Virus record (IMG/VR): IMGVR_UViG_3300037722_001206
Location: 1-48,356 of that record
DNA length: 48,356 nt
Reading direction: 5' to 3' (one strand)
DNA from: a virus
Taxonomy: Duplodnaviria > Caudoviricetes
Shown here: piece after piece, positions 1-8,117 of the stretch
How the letters are laid out: each line of letters begins with the position of its first letter
Numbering within the stretch: the first letter of the stretch is position 1
Notes under the pieces: model-generated
Databases searched by the model: none
The model's input: the letters and a program-made list of their open reading frames with translations, nothing else
What the model was told of the DNA's origin: nothing
Position numbers and translations under genes: made by a program

Positions 1-51
1 GGACGCGGCGGAACCGTCGGCGATGGGAGCGGGCAGACTGCCAGAACGCTT

Positions 52-125
52 TGGAGGCCCGGGCCGGAATCGAACCGACGTACGGGGCTTTGCAGGCCCC
101 TGCATAACCACTCTGCCACCGGGCC
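52..125 (-). tRNA. tRNA-Cys(GCA), intact, CCA encoded
   Basis: Minus strand reads GGCCCGGTGGCAGAGTGGTTATGCAGGGGCCTGCAAAGCCCCGTACGTCGGTTCGATTCCGGCCCGGGCCTCCA: 74 nt, acceptor stem GGCCCGG/CCGGGCC, anticodon GCA, TTCGATTC T-loop. Confidence 0.97.
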
Positions 126-127
126 GG
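86..127. repeat. att core, left copy (42 bp)
   Basis: GGCTTTGCAGGCCCCTGCATAACCACTCTGCCACCGGGCCGG, identical to 48230-48271. Confidence 0.95.
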
Positions 128-140
128 TGACGTTTCAGTT

Positions 141-168
141 CAATAGCTTATAGACCGGATAAGTCAAG
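141..168 (-). promoter_or_regulatory. Putative phage-supplied sigma70 promoter for tRNA-Cys
   Basis: Minus strand CTTGAC-N16-CTATTG ending 15 nt upstream of the tRNA; the -35 overlaps the integrase stop codon. Confidence 0.6.
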
Positions 169-1330
169 AGTTCTGCCGTTGTTTTGCAGTCGCCCGCCGG
201 GCGTTTTGCAAAACGCCCAGGATTTTCGTTCGCTTTTCGTCCGCGACCAGCAGTTTGATGGCATCCTGGGCGAGGCGCGCCTGGCTGACACCGGCGGCAT
301 AATGATCGACCATGCGCCGGGAGTTGCCGGTGACCGCGGCGACTTGGGCCGGGCTGGCGCCGGCTTCCAGCAACCAGCACGTGGCATTCTTGCGCAGGCC
401 GTGGCCCACGTAGCGGCCGGGATCGGCGCCGCACTTTTCGAGAAGGGCGGCGATCTCGCGGCGCGACCAATTGCCCGTCCAGCGTTTGCCGCGCTTGGTC
501 ATGAGGATTGGCCGCTTGGGGTGCGCCGGCGCGGTCAGGCCCATGGCGCCGAGGGCATCGGGGATGGCATGGTCGAGAACGGCCCTTAGAGCGGGATGGG
601 CGGGTATGACAAGGCCCTTGCCGGTCTTGTCCTGGCGCACGAGGATATCGCCCGTGAGGTCACCAGGGCCGCCCGTGTAGGCCTCCCAGAGCATGGCGTG
701 GCAATCGCCGCCGCGCTGGCCGGTGCAGAGGCGCAGCATGAGATTCCAGGCCAACTCCGGGTAGGCGGCTTCAAGCGCCACGGCGATCAGCTCGTCGGGC
801 CACGGCGGCCATGACTCCGGCGCGCCATGGGGCCGCTCGCGCAGGCGCGGAAAACTGCGCGCCGGGTTGACGCGGCCGAACAGGGCCGGATCGGCGATCT
901 TGCCGAAATCCAGCAAGACCGACAGGGCGGAAAGGCGCTGATTCGATTGCCGCGGGGCGTGGGCCTTGTTGTCGCGCAATTTCTTGACGCTCTTTTCGTC
1001 CAGGGCGCGCACCGGGAGATCGCCCCAGGCCGCGCGGATCTGATCGACGTGCCGTGCGCGTCCGCGCCGGGTTTCCGGGGCCAGCTGGGCGAATTCGATG
1101 GAGGCGAGATAGCGGCCGATCAGATCGGCGAAGGTGCCGGGGAGGCTGCGCGGGGCGATGGCGGCGGACCGGGCGGCGATTTGGGCGTCGATGTCCCGGG
1201 CACGGACGGCGGCCGCCATGGGATCGTCTGGCAGGCGCTCGCGGGTTTTGCGGTGGTAGAGATAGATGCGGCGGCGGCCATCGGGGCCGCGATGGGTGAC
1301 GCGGTTAATGTTTCGCACGCGAATCCGCAC
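164..1330 (-). CDS. int: Tyrosine recombinase/integrase
   Basis: Catalytic motifs TGQR, QDKTG, HGLRK, and MVDHY; GTG start at 1330 chosen (ORF is open to 1393). Confidence 0.93.
   Translation of the reverse strand: MRIRVRNINRVTHRGPDGRRRIYLYHRKTRERLPDDPMAAAVRARDIDAQIAARSAAIAPRSLPGTFADLIGRYLASIEFAQLAPETRRGRARHVDQIRAAWGDLPVRALDEKSVKKLRDNKAHAPRQSNQRLSALSVLLDFGKIADPALFGRVNPARSFPRLRERPHGAPESWPPWPDELIAVALEAAYPELAWNLMLRLCTGQRGGDCHAMLWEAYTGGPGDLTGDILVRQDKTGKGLVIPAHPALRAVLDHAIPDALGAMGLTAPAHPKRPILMTKRGKRWTGNWSRREIAALLEKCGADPGRYVGHGLRKNATCWLLEAGASPAQVAAVTGNSRRMVDHYAAGVSQARLAQDAIKLLVADEKRTKILGVLQNARRATAKQRQNS
181..218. promoter_or_regulatory. Probable integrase arm-type sites (GCGTTTTGCA repeats)
   Basis: GTTTTGCAG at 181 and perfect palindrome GGGCGTTTTGCAAAACGCCC at 199-218; the same motif recurs at 48134 and 48178. 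Confidence 0.6.
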
Positions 1331-1586
1331 GATCAAGGCCAGCCTCGAAAGGATCGGGCCCGATAGATTGGCCGGGTGCCCTGAGGGCGTCAAGAGCGGC
1401 GTCGAGATCCTCGCGCAGCCAGACGGCGATGCCGCCGAGCTTGACCGGCGGCGGCAGACGGCCGGCGGCGACCAGGCCGTGCAACGTGGTCAGGCAGATG
1501 CCGCCGAGATAGGCGGCGGCGAGCGGCGCCCGCAGGGCGCGCGGCCAGCCGGGCAGATCGGCGGGGGCCAGGCGGCAGGCGCTCAT
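1305..1586 (-). CDS. AlpA/excisionase-like HTH protein
   Basis: PRALRAPLAAAYLG...GRLPPPVKLGG..VWLREDLD pattern; overlaps the integrase start. Confidence 0.8.
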   Translation of the reverse strand: MSACRLAPADLPGWPRALRAPLAAAYLGGICLTTLHGLVAAGRLPPPVKLGGIAVWLREDLDAALDALRAPGQSIGPDPFEAGLDRADSRAKH

Positions 1587-2095
1587 GGGGCGAAGCCCGT
1601 GGGGTTGGCGAACTCCAAAAGGGTATCCGCGTGGCACGGAGCGTCGAGGGCGCACCAGCAGGCGAGATTTCGGCCGGCGAGTTCCTGATAAATCAGATCG
1701 ATCTTTGGAGGTGCTGCAATGCGCAGCGGGTATAGGCCGTTGGCGAATGCGGCGGCCAACTCGCGCGCGTGGGTGGCGGTATCCACGCAATGGCCGTTTT
1801 CGAATTCTAAACTATCCTGGGTTTTGTGGTCGGCGAGCGGGCCGCGCGGTGCGCCGCCGGCGAGCCAGGCGCGGTGATAGGCCGCCGCCGCCGCTATGCG
1901 ACCCGATTCGTCGGCGCGGAATCCGGCGGCGACGGCCGCCCAGGTAATCCAATCGCCGCGCCAGGGAAACGGATTGCCCCAGGGACCCGGCCGCGCGACG
2001 CTCTTGGCGGGCAGGCCGTTGAGAGCGCGGGAGGTGGCCTGGAGGTCGAAGCCCTTGGCGCGAGAGAGGCGCAGGCGGACGGGGAGGATGGTCAC
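1583..2095 (-). CDS. DUF4326 family phage protein
   Basis: VARPGPWGNPF and LAGRNLACWC....CHAD motifs; GTGA coupling to upstream gene. Confidence 0.85.
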   Translation of the reverse strand: MTILPVRLRLSRAKGFDLQATSRALNGLPAKSVARPGPWGNPFPWRGDWITWAAVAAGFRADESGRIAAAAAYHRAWLAGGAPRGPLADHKTQDSLEFENGHCVDTATHARELAAAFANGLYPLRIAAPPKIDLIYQELAGRNLACWCALDAPCHADTLLEFANPTGFAP

Positions 2096-2337
2096 GGGTA
2101 GGGCACCGGGACGATGGCGATGACGCGCAGGGTTCGCGCCTTCGGCCATTTGTGCTGCGCATCCAGCTTGGCCACGTGTATGGCGGCATCGATGGTGTTG
2201 CCGGTGACGCGCAAAGAAACGTCAAACGTAAAACAGGGACTTTGCGGCACGGGCTGATCCTGCACCTCCAGCACCACGTCATAGGTTTGCAGGGGGATGG
2301 GCCGGGCTCTCGCGGCGGGGATCGCCCCGGGGATCAT
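2092..2337 (-). CDS. Hypothetical phage protein
   Basis: ORF coupled by ATGA/GTGA overlaps on both sides. Confidence 0.6.
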   Translation of the reverse strand: MIPGAIPAARARPIPLQTYDVVLEVQDQPVPQSPCFTFDVSLRVTGNTIDAAIHVAKLDAQHKWPKARTLRVIAIVPVPYP

Positions 2338-2414
2338 CGAAAGCACCGGTCGCAGATTTCCATGTAGGTGGCGGCGGCGGCGGCGATCAGCAGGATGACC
2401 AGGGCCACGTTCAC
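2334..2414 (-). CDS. 26-aa hydrophobic peptide MNVALVILLIAAAAATYMEICDRCFR
   Basis: Below the ORF-track cutoff; GTGA overlap upstream, ATGA overlap downstream; one TM-like stretch plus CxxC. Confidence 0.5.
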   Translation of the reverse strand: MNVALVILLIAAAAATYMEICDRCFR

Positions 2415-2746
2415 GATCCGCCCCGTGCCAATTGCCGCTCGCACTGTCGGCAACGCGGGCAGTTGCCGGGTTCCAACAGACCGGCTTGGCCGTTCCAAAT
2501 GCGCAGGGGCACGATGGTGGCGGGCCGGCAGAGCGTCACGCCGGAGTTGCCGCGCGGGTGGCGGCGCCAGTAGTGCGCGAGCCCACGGCCGAAGAATTTC
2601 AACGCCCAGCCCCGAGTGAAATTATCGGGGACGGGCGGACCGGACATAAAAGACGGCGCCATGGGCGTTCCACTACCAAGGCCGCGGTGGCGGGGAATCA
2701 TGCCGCCACAAGCCACGGCACCATAGAAGAAAAGCATCTCGATCAT
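2411..2746 (-). CDS. Hypothetical Cys-containing protein (start uncertain)
   Basis: First ORF after the leftward promoter; CPRCRQC motif. Confidence 0.5.
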   Translation of the reverse strand: MIEMLFFYGAVACGGMIPRHRGLGSGTPMAPSFMSGPPVPDNFTRGWALKFFGRGLAHYWRRHPRGNSGVTLCRPATIVPLRIWNGQAGLLEPGNCPRCRQCERQLARGGS

Positions 2747-2813
2747 CGCGGCGACTTCGGATATCGACGGTCGGCGGGCATGAGGATCGCCCCGTTTCGT
2801 GGGAACGGGGAAA

Positions 2814-2866
2814 ACGCTAATTCGGATTTATGTGCAGGTCAAGACGGAAGTGGGGAAAAATCCACA
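2814..2866 (-). promoter_or_regulatory. Leftward early promoter (PL-like) with operator
   Basis: Minus strand TTGACC-N17-TAGCGT; operator-like TGGGGAAAAATCCACA at 2851-2866. Confidence 0.6.
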
Positions 2867-2885
2867 CGGAACAAGGCCGCCCGCA

Positions 2886-3527
2886 TCACGCGGCCTGATA
2901 ATTTTCGGTCGGCCTGGTGTGGGCGGTAAGGCGGTACTGCGCGACAACCACGCCCTTGATGGTCACGGCGCCGTCGGCCAGGGCGCAGGGCTGTAGGCGC
3001 GGATCGATGCTGGCCGGTACCAGGAAGGGCGGCCGGTACAGGCGCAGCATGGTTTCACCGAGGCCGATCTGCCGATCGGCAATGGTGGCTATGACCACAT
3101 CGCCAAGCATCGGGACGGCCTTCGGATCGACCAGAATCCGATCGCCGGGGGCATAGCCGAGCAGCAGGACGGCGTTGTCGCGGACTTCCCAGACTTCGCA
3201 ATGGGCATGGGGGTAGAGCACGAGGGCCGCGCGCGTGTCCACGTTGGTCATTTTCGGCTCGGCGATGAAGACCGCGCCGGCCTCGGCCACGCCTTGGGGT
3301 ACCTCGGCCGGACCATCGCCGGTCATGATCCAGGTGAGGGACCAGCCGTTTTTGGCGGCCACCTTGCCGAGTCTATCGAGATTCGGACTGTTGGACTTCT
3401 TGGGGCGCTTCAACAGGCCGCGCAGATAATAGGGGCTGACGCCCTCGATGCCGGCGCACAGCTTCTCCGGGCTGAGCCCGCTGTCATTCACCAATTTATG
3501 CAGGCGTCCACGCCAATTCTCGATCAT
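2886..3527 (-). CDS. CI-like repressor (HTH plus degenerate S24 domain)
   Basis: SPNLDRLGKVA...SLTWIMTGDG HTH end; GDRILVDP...GDVVIA...IKGVVV S24-like fold; divergent from the cro-like gene. Confidence 0.85.
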   Translation of the reverse strand: MIENWRGRLHKLVNDSGLSPEKLCAGIEGVSPYYLRGLLKRPKKSNSPNLDRLGKVAAKNGWSLTWIMTGDGPAEVPQGVAEAGAVFIAEPKMTNVDTRAALVLYPHAHCEVWEVRDNAVLLLGYAPGDRILVDPKAVPMLGDVVIATIADRQIGLGETMLRLYRPPFLVPASIDPRLQPCALADGAVTIKGVVVAQYRLTAHTRPTENYQAA

Positions 3528-3528
3528 G

Positions 3529-3630
3529 CGTGGATATTTCCACAAAATAGTTAATACGTCTTTGAGGAAAAAGCCGTTGACGTGTGGAAATATCCATACT
3601 AATGGTGTTTTCGGTGCGGATAAAACCGCA
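3529..3630. promoter_or_regulatory. Three operator palindromes and rightward promoter (OR/PR-like)
   Basis: CGTGGA-TATT-TCCACA at 3529, TGTGGA-AATA-TCCATA at 3583, TGCGGA-TAAA-ACCGCA at 3615; TTGACG at 3577. Confidence 0.7.
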
Positions 3631-3652
3631 CATGTTGGGGGTGACACAACAT

Positions 3653-3880
3653 ATGGAAATTAACACGAAGGACCGGTTGATTGCCGACGTTCACAAATTC
3701 GTGAGCGAGACCGGCATATCGGAAGGCCGATTTGGCCGGTTGACCGTGAACGACGCCAAGCTGATCGCCCGGCTGCGCGCCGGCAAGGACGTGACCACCG
3801 CCAACCTGGACAAGATTTACGCCTTCATGGACGCCGAGCGGGCGCGCCGCGCCGGACCGGTTGGGGCCGCATCATCATGA
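3653..3880 (+). CDS. Cro-like small regulator
   Basis: FVSETGISEGRFGRLTVNDAKLIARLRAGKDVT...KIYAFM, typical of alphaproteobacterial phage Cro-like proteins. Confidence 0.8.
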   Translation: MEINTKDRLIADVHKFVSETGISEGRFGRLTVNDAKLIARLRAGKDVTTANLDKIYAFMDAERARRAGPVGAASS

Positions 3881-4416
3881 CCGGCGCACCCACGGCGCCT
3901 GGCGCCGATCCCCTGGACCGCATGATCGATGGCCTTCAGAGCGCGGCGGCCCGCGAGGCGACGCGCCGGGACCGGGGCAGCAAGGGGCGGGTGAATCCGG
4001 GGCGGTGGGCGATCATTCAGGGGCGGGTCGCGAAGGTTCACAACCACGGCCCGGAGACGAATCCACACGAGCCGGGCAGCGCCGCCGCGTTTTGCTGGAT
4101 GGCCGGCTACAACGGCACGGCCAAGCGCGAAGCCGAAATCAAGCGCACGTCCAAAGCGCTGATCGCGGCGCGGGCCGGAAGAAACGTCAAACGTGAAACA
4201 GGCGCCGGACAAGCCGGCCGGGGCAAGACCGGGCGGGGCCGGTCGGTCCTGGGGCCACGGCGGGACTGGAGCGATCTGGACGACGAAGTTCTCGAGCTCT
4301 GCACCGGCGGCCAGGATGCCTTGTCGGATACGGAGATCGGCACCGTGCTGATCCGCTCGGCCCAGGGCGTGCGCAACCACCGGGCGCGCCAGCGCACGGA
4401 AAAGGACAAGCCGTGA
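3877..4416 (+). CDS. Hypothetical protein with C-terminal HTH-like segment
   Basis: ATGA coupled; WSDLDDEVL...LSDTEIGTVLIRS..GVRNHR resembles a GcrA/Myb-like HTH. Confidence 0.6.
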   Translation: MTGAPTAPGADPLDRMIDGLQSAAAREATRRDRGSKGRVNPGRWAIIQGRVAKVHNHGPETNPHEPGSAAAFCWMAGYNGTAKREAEIKRTSKALIAARAGRNVKRETGAGQAGRGKTGRGRSVLGPRRDWSDLDDEVLELCTGGQDALSDTEIGTVLIRSAQGVRNHRARQRTEKDKP

Positions 4417-4823
4417 GCCGGCCCGAGGATATACCCGGTCGCGTTTCCGGTGTGGTCTGCGCCGAATGCCGGCGGTCGGAAATCGATACGGCGACCCTCG
4501 CACTGGGCTGCAAACGGCTTGGACGGTGCCCGGCGCGGGCGGCTCATCTTGGGGTGCGCCTGGTACGACCGCGCGATCTCGATTCGGGCGTCGTGCGCGG
4601 GAACAATCCGCGCAGCATCCTGTATGACGATGACCCGGCCGGGCCGCCCGATCCGTCGAACGCCGACGATCCCCGGCCCCTCGGATCATCCTCGGATCAA
4701 GTCCGAGGACCAAGGGTGTCCGAGGACCGGGTCGAGACCGAGGACGAGTACGGGCTGGACGGGCCGGGGGTTCTGAATCCACCAACCATGGCCTGCGGAT
4801 CAAGTCCGAAGGTGGTTGGATAA
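4413..4823 (+). CDS. Hypothetical protein containing REP-like palindromes
   Basis: GTGA and TAATG coupling to neighbours. Confidence 0.45.
   Translation: MSRPEDIPGRVSGVVCAECRRSEIDTATLALGCKRLGRCPARAAHLGVRLVRPRDLDSGVVRGNNPRSILYDDDPAGPPDPSNADDPRPLGSSSDQVRGPRVSEDRVETEDEYGLDGPGVLNPPTMACGSSPKVVG
4688..4813. repeat. Two REP-like palindromes (CCTCGGATCAAGTCCGAGG type)
   Basis: TCCTCGGATCAAGTCCGAGGA at 4689, CCTGCGGATCAAGTCCGAAGG at 4792; related copy at 10505. Confidence 0.55.
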
Positions 4824-5305
4824 TGGTCGGCGCGATAGTTCCGGGGGCCAACTTCCGCGTGGCGGAGTGGATCGATCCGGAAGATGACATCGTCTGCCGT
4901 CTGTATCCGGCGGGCGGCTCGAAGGCGGTGGCGAAAGCCTTGAAGGGGGTCAGCCCGGTACATCGGACGCGTCGCGCGATCACCGGCCGAGCGCATGTTC
5001 TCGGCATCCGGCGAACATGGATAAAGCCGGACGATGCGGCCCCAACCTGCAACGTGGTGCCGTTGCGCGGCGCGGGCCGTGACACATACCAGCACGGCAA
5101 GCCGAAAGCCGCGATCGCCTGGCGCCGGGATCGATGCCTGATGTGCCGAAACCCTTTCGAGTCCGAAGGGGCGCACAACCGGATCTGCGGCGACTGCAAG
5201 AAAACGCCGGTCTGGCGGGACGGCGGCGAGGGCATCGGATATCCTCTGAAACGGGCCAGCGGCGCCCGGCGGGCGCCGGCGATACGGGCGCGCGCCGATC
5301 TATGA
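4823..5305 (+). CDS. Hypothetical zinc-finger protein
   Basis: CLMCRNPFESEGAHNRICGDCK motif, common in alphaproteobacterial phages. Confidence 0.7.
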   Translation: MVGAIVPGANFRVAEWIDPEDDIVCRLYPAGGSKAVAKALKGVSPVHRTRRAITGRAHVLGIRRTWIKPDDAAPTCNVVPLRGAGRDTYQHGKPKAAIAWRRDRCLMCRNPFESEGAHNRICGDCKKTPVWRDGGEGIGYPLKRASGARRAPAIRARADL

Positions 5306-5847
5306 GCGGGGCGCGGGCGCACGACTGGCGATCCCTGAGCGTGGGCGAGATGTCGGTTTTAGCGGCCATCGCCGAGCGCGGCCGGCGGCACCCGAGCCGG
5401 TTTGTGCGGCCGCCGCGCGGACGGGGCCGGGAGGCTTATGGGCTGTATCGACGCGGCTATCTGCAGCGGATTCGCTTCAAGACTCCGGACGGCACGGCGA
5501 CCCGATACCGGATCAATCCGTTGTTGATCGATTGGGGCGCGGTGCAAGCGAAAGGAAAGGCACTGCGGCCTCTGCCGGAAGGCGGGAAAGAACCGGGACT
5601 CCATTCGTGCCAGGCGGTCGGGTGTCCGGATGAGATCAAGCCACCGGCCTTGATGTGCGGGCGGCACTGGCAATTGGTCAACGAGGGGCTGCGCCGGGAC
5701 ATCGAACAACAGACACCGGCGGATCATGCGTGGAGCGCGCCCTTGACGCCCGCCCGCGCGTTGGCCTTGCGGCCGCTGATCCGCCTGGCGGACGCGGCGA
5801 TCCTGCGCGTGGCGCAAGCCGAAGAGAAGCGGGGGCCGGTGCTGTGA
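5302..5847 (+). CDS. Hypothetical protein
   Basis: HSCQAVGC......LMCGRHW Zn motif; ATGA coupling. Confidence 0.65.
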   Translation: MSGARAHDWRSLSVGEMSVLAAIAERGRRHPSRFVRPPRGRGREAYGLYRRGYLQRIRFKTPDGTATRYRINPLLIDWGAVQAKGKALRPLPEGGKEPGLHSCQAVGCPDEIKPPALMCGRHWQLVNEGLRRDIEQQTPADHAWSAPLTPARALALRPLIRLADAAILRVAQAEEKRGPVL

Positions 5848-5889
5848 CCAAGATCGAATGGGCGGATGAGGAGAGTGGAAAGGTTGACG

Positions 5890-6525
5890 ATGGCCGATGA
5901 GGGCACGGGGGCGGATGAGGGCACGGCGGCGCCTGGCGACGTTGGGCGGCGGCTGAGCCGCGGCGAAACGCACGATCTGTCGATGATCATCAAGGATCGG
6001 ACCAAGGTGTTGAAGGCGCACGCGGACGAACAGGCGGCGGCGTGCCTGGCCGATTTCGAGAAGAACCTGGCGGCGCAGTTCGATTGGGATCAGGACGCAA
6101 TCTGGAAGGCGGCGGCCCAGGAAGCCGAGAAGGTCGCGCGCGAGAGCCAGGAAAAGATCGCCCGGCGCGCCGAGGAACTGGGCATCCCGCGCACCTTCGC
6201 GCCGCGCCTCGGCGTGACGTGGCAGGGCCGCGGTGAAAACGCCGTCGCGTCGCGCCGGGAGGAGCTGCGCCGCGTCGCCAAGAGCGCCATCGAGGCCATG
6301 CGCAAGGCGGCCGTCACCAAGATCGAGAAACAATCGCTGGACCTGCGCACGCAGGTGGTGGCCATGGGGCTGCTGTCGGCGGACGCGAAGATGTTTCTGG
6401 AAAGCCTGGCGCCGGTCGAGGAGGCGATGCGCATCCTCGATTTCGGCGAGATCGAGCGGCGGCTTGAAAAAGAACAGAAGCTGCGCCTCGCCGACCGGGA
6501 CCGGCTTTACGGCCGGGACTTCTGA
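5890..6525 (+). CDS. Conserved hypothetical coiled-coil phage protein
   Basis: 211-aa helical ORF with RBS and strong GC3 bias. Confidence 0.75.
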   Translation: MADEGTGADEGTAAPGDVGRRLSRGETHDLSMIIKDRTKVLKAHADEQAAACLADFEKNLAAQFDWDQDAIWKAAAQEAEKVARESQEKIARRAEELGIPRTFAPRLGVTWQGRGENAVASRREELRRVAKSAIEAMRKAAVTKIEKQSLDLRTQVVAMGLLSADAKMFLESLAPVEEAMRILDFGEIERRLEKEQKLRLADRDRLYGRDF

Positions 6526-6536
6526 AAGGGGCGGGC

Positions 6537-7661
6537 ATGACCAAAATCGAATGGGCGGACGAAACCTGGAATCCCATCGTCGGGTGTTCGGTGGTCTCGC
6601 CCGGCTGCACCCATTGCTATGCCATGCGCCTGGCGGCGCGGCTGGAGAAGATGGGGACCGAGCACTACGCCGGGCTGACCGCGCCCGCGAAGGCCGGGGC
6701 GGTGTGGACCGGGCGGGTGGCCCTGGCGCCCGATCACATTCTGGCCAAGCCTTTGCAATGGCGGGCGCCCAGGCGGGTGTTCGTGAATTCCATGGGCGAC
6801 CTGTTTCACGAGGACGTGCCCGACGATTGGATCGACCGGGTATTCGCGGTGATGGCGCTCTGCCCGCAGCATACTTTCCAAGTGCTGACCAAGCGCAGCG
6901 CGCGCATGCGGGCGTATCTCTCGCAAAACGACATGGCCGCGCGGGTGGCGCCGATCGGCGCCTGGATGGTTGAAGACGGCGATACTGCCTATTCCAGCCT
7001 GCTTCATGGCGAGTGGCCCCTGCCGAACGTCTGGCTGGGCGTTTCGGCCGAGGATCAGGCGCGCGCCGACGAGCGGGTGCCCGATCTGCTGGCGACCCCG
7101 GCGGCGGTGCGGTTCGTCAGCGCCGAACCGTTGTTGGGGCCGGTAAAGTTTCTAGGCCACATGCTTGGGTTTGCCGCTGGCTATCCGGCGAAATGCGCCA
7201 TCTGCGGACACGGCCATGGATTCACACGTTGCCCCAATACCGGCGGCGTGTCGAAGACCTGTCATCATCGCAACTGTGCTTGCCCCGGTTTTCGGCATTC
7301 GGTCGGGCAAGGCATCGACCAGATCATCGTTGGCGGCGAAAGCGGACCGGGCGCGCGGCCGATGCATCCGGACTGGGCGCGCGCGATCCGCGATCAGTGC
7401 CTGGCTGCGGGGGTTGCGTTCTTTTTCAAGCAATGGGGCGCGTGGCGTCCGGGGTCTGATTTTACCAACCGGTCATCCATCCCGCCGATCTGTCTCGACC
7501 GGGCCGGCCGCCAGGTGACCGCGCCCGCTCGGCGCGGCGATTTCCCCGAAGGCGCCACGAGCGCGGATGGTTGGAGCTGGATGCGCTTGGTCGGCAAGGC
7601 CGCCGCAGGGCGGATGCTGGACGGGCGGGAGTGGAACCAGTTCCCAGAGGTGCGGGTATGA
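6537..7661 (+). CDS. DUF5131 (phage Gp37/Gp68) family protein
   Basis: TKIEWADETWNPIVGCSVVSPGCTHCYA, FVNSMGDLFH, LTKR, GGESG, FFFKQWG motifs. Confidence 0.93.
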   Translation: MTKIEWADETWNPIVGCSVVSPGCTHCYAMRLAARLEKMGTEHYAGLTAPAKAGAVWTGRVALAPDHILAKPLQWRAPRRVFVNSMGDLFHEDVPDDWIDRVFAVMALCPQHTFQVLTKRSARMRAYLSQNDMAARVAPIGAWMVEDGDTAYSSLLHGEWPLPNVWLGVSAEDQARADERVPDLLATPAAVRFVSAEPLLGPVKFLGHMLGFAAGYPAKCAICGHGHGFTRCPNTGGVSKTCHHRNCACPGFRHSVGQGIDQIIVGGESGPGARPMHPDWARAIRDQCLAAGVAFFFKQWGAWRPGSDFTNRSSIPPICLDRAGRQVTAPARRGDFPEGATSADGWSWMRLVGKAAAGRMLDGREWNQFPEVRV

Positions 7662-7701
7662 CCCGGCGGCGGCCGTCGGCGATGTGGTATCGGGCGCCCT
7701 G

Positions 7702-7968
7702 ATGGGCTTTGCGCGCCGGCTTTTCTGTCGCCACCGGGATTACGACGTCATCCGCGAGGAGGCGCTGGGGGTGACGTTGTCATGGGAAGGCCAGCCGACG
7801 GTGTTGTACCGGTGGCCCTGCCGATGCCGGCGGTGCGGCAAGGCGTTCAATCGCGAGGGCATCCTACCGCCGAATGTGGAAGCGATCGGTCGTTTGGACC
7901 ACGGGCGGGATACGGACGGCTGGCCGCTGGATCGCGGCGGCACGCGGATGCGGGTGGCGCGTCTATGA
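7702..7968 (+). CDS. Hypothetical protein
   Basis: LFCRH...CRRCGK pattern; coupled overlaps. Confidence 0.6.
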   Translation: MGFARRLFCRHRDYDVIREEALGVTLSWEGQPTVLYRWPCRCRRCGKAFNREGILPPNVEAIGRLDHGRDTDGWPLDRGGTRMRVARL

Positions 7969-8117
7969 GCCGGCGCGGCGGAACCGAGTGCGTCATTGCG
8001 CCTCGCGATGCGTGGCTGGCGTGGCTCGCCGCCGGCTGGCGGTTTCCCGGCGATATCGCCCAGCCGATGCGCGGCCCGCACGGGATCTGGAGCGTGATGC
8101 TGTGGAGGCGGGTATGA
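7965..8117 (+). CDS. Small hypothetical protein
   Basis: ATGA coupled on both sides. Confidence 0.55.
   Translation: MSRRGGTECVIAPRDAWLAWLAAGWRFPGDIAQPMRGPHGIWSVMLWRRV

Noticed and set aside
170-184. GTTC-N7-GTTT LexA-like box near the integrase end
   Set aside because: Imperfect, inside coding sequence, and overlaps an arm-type repeat
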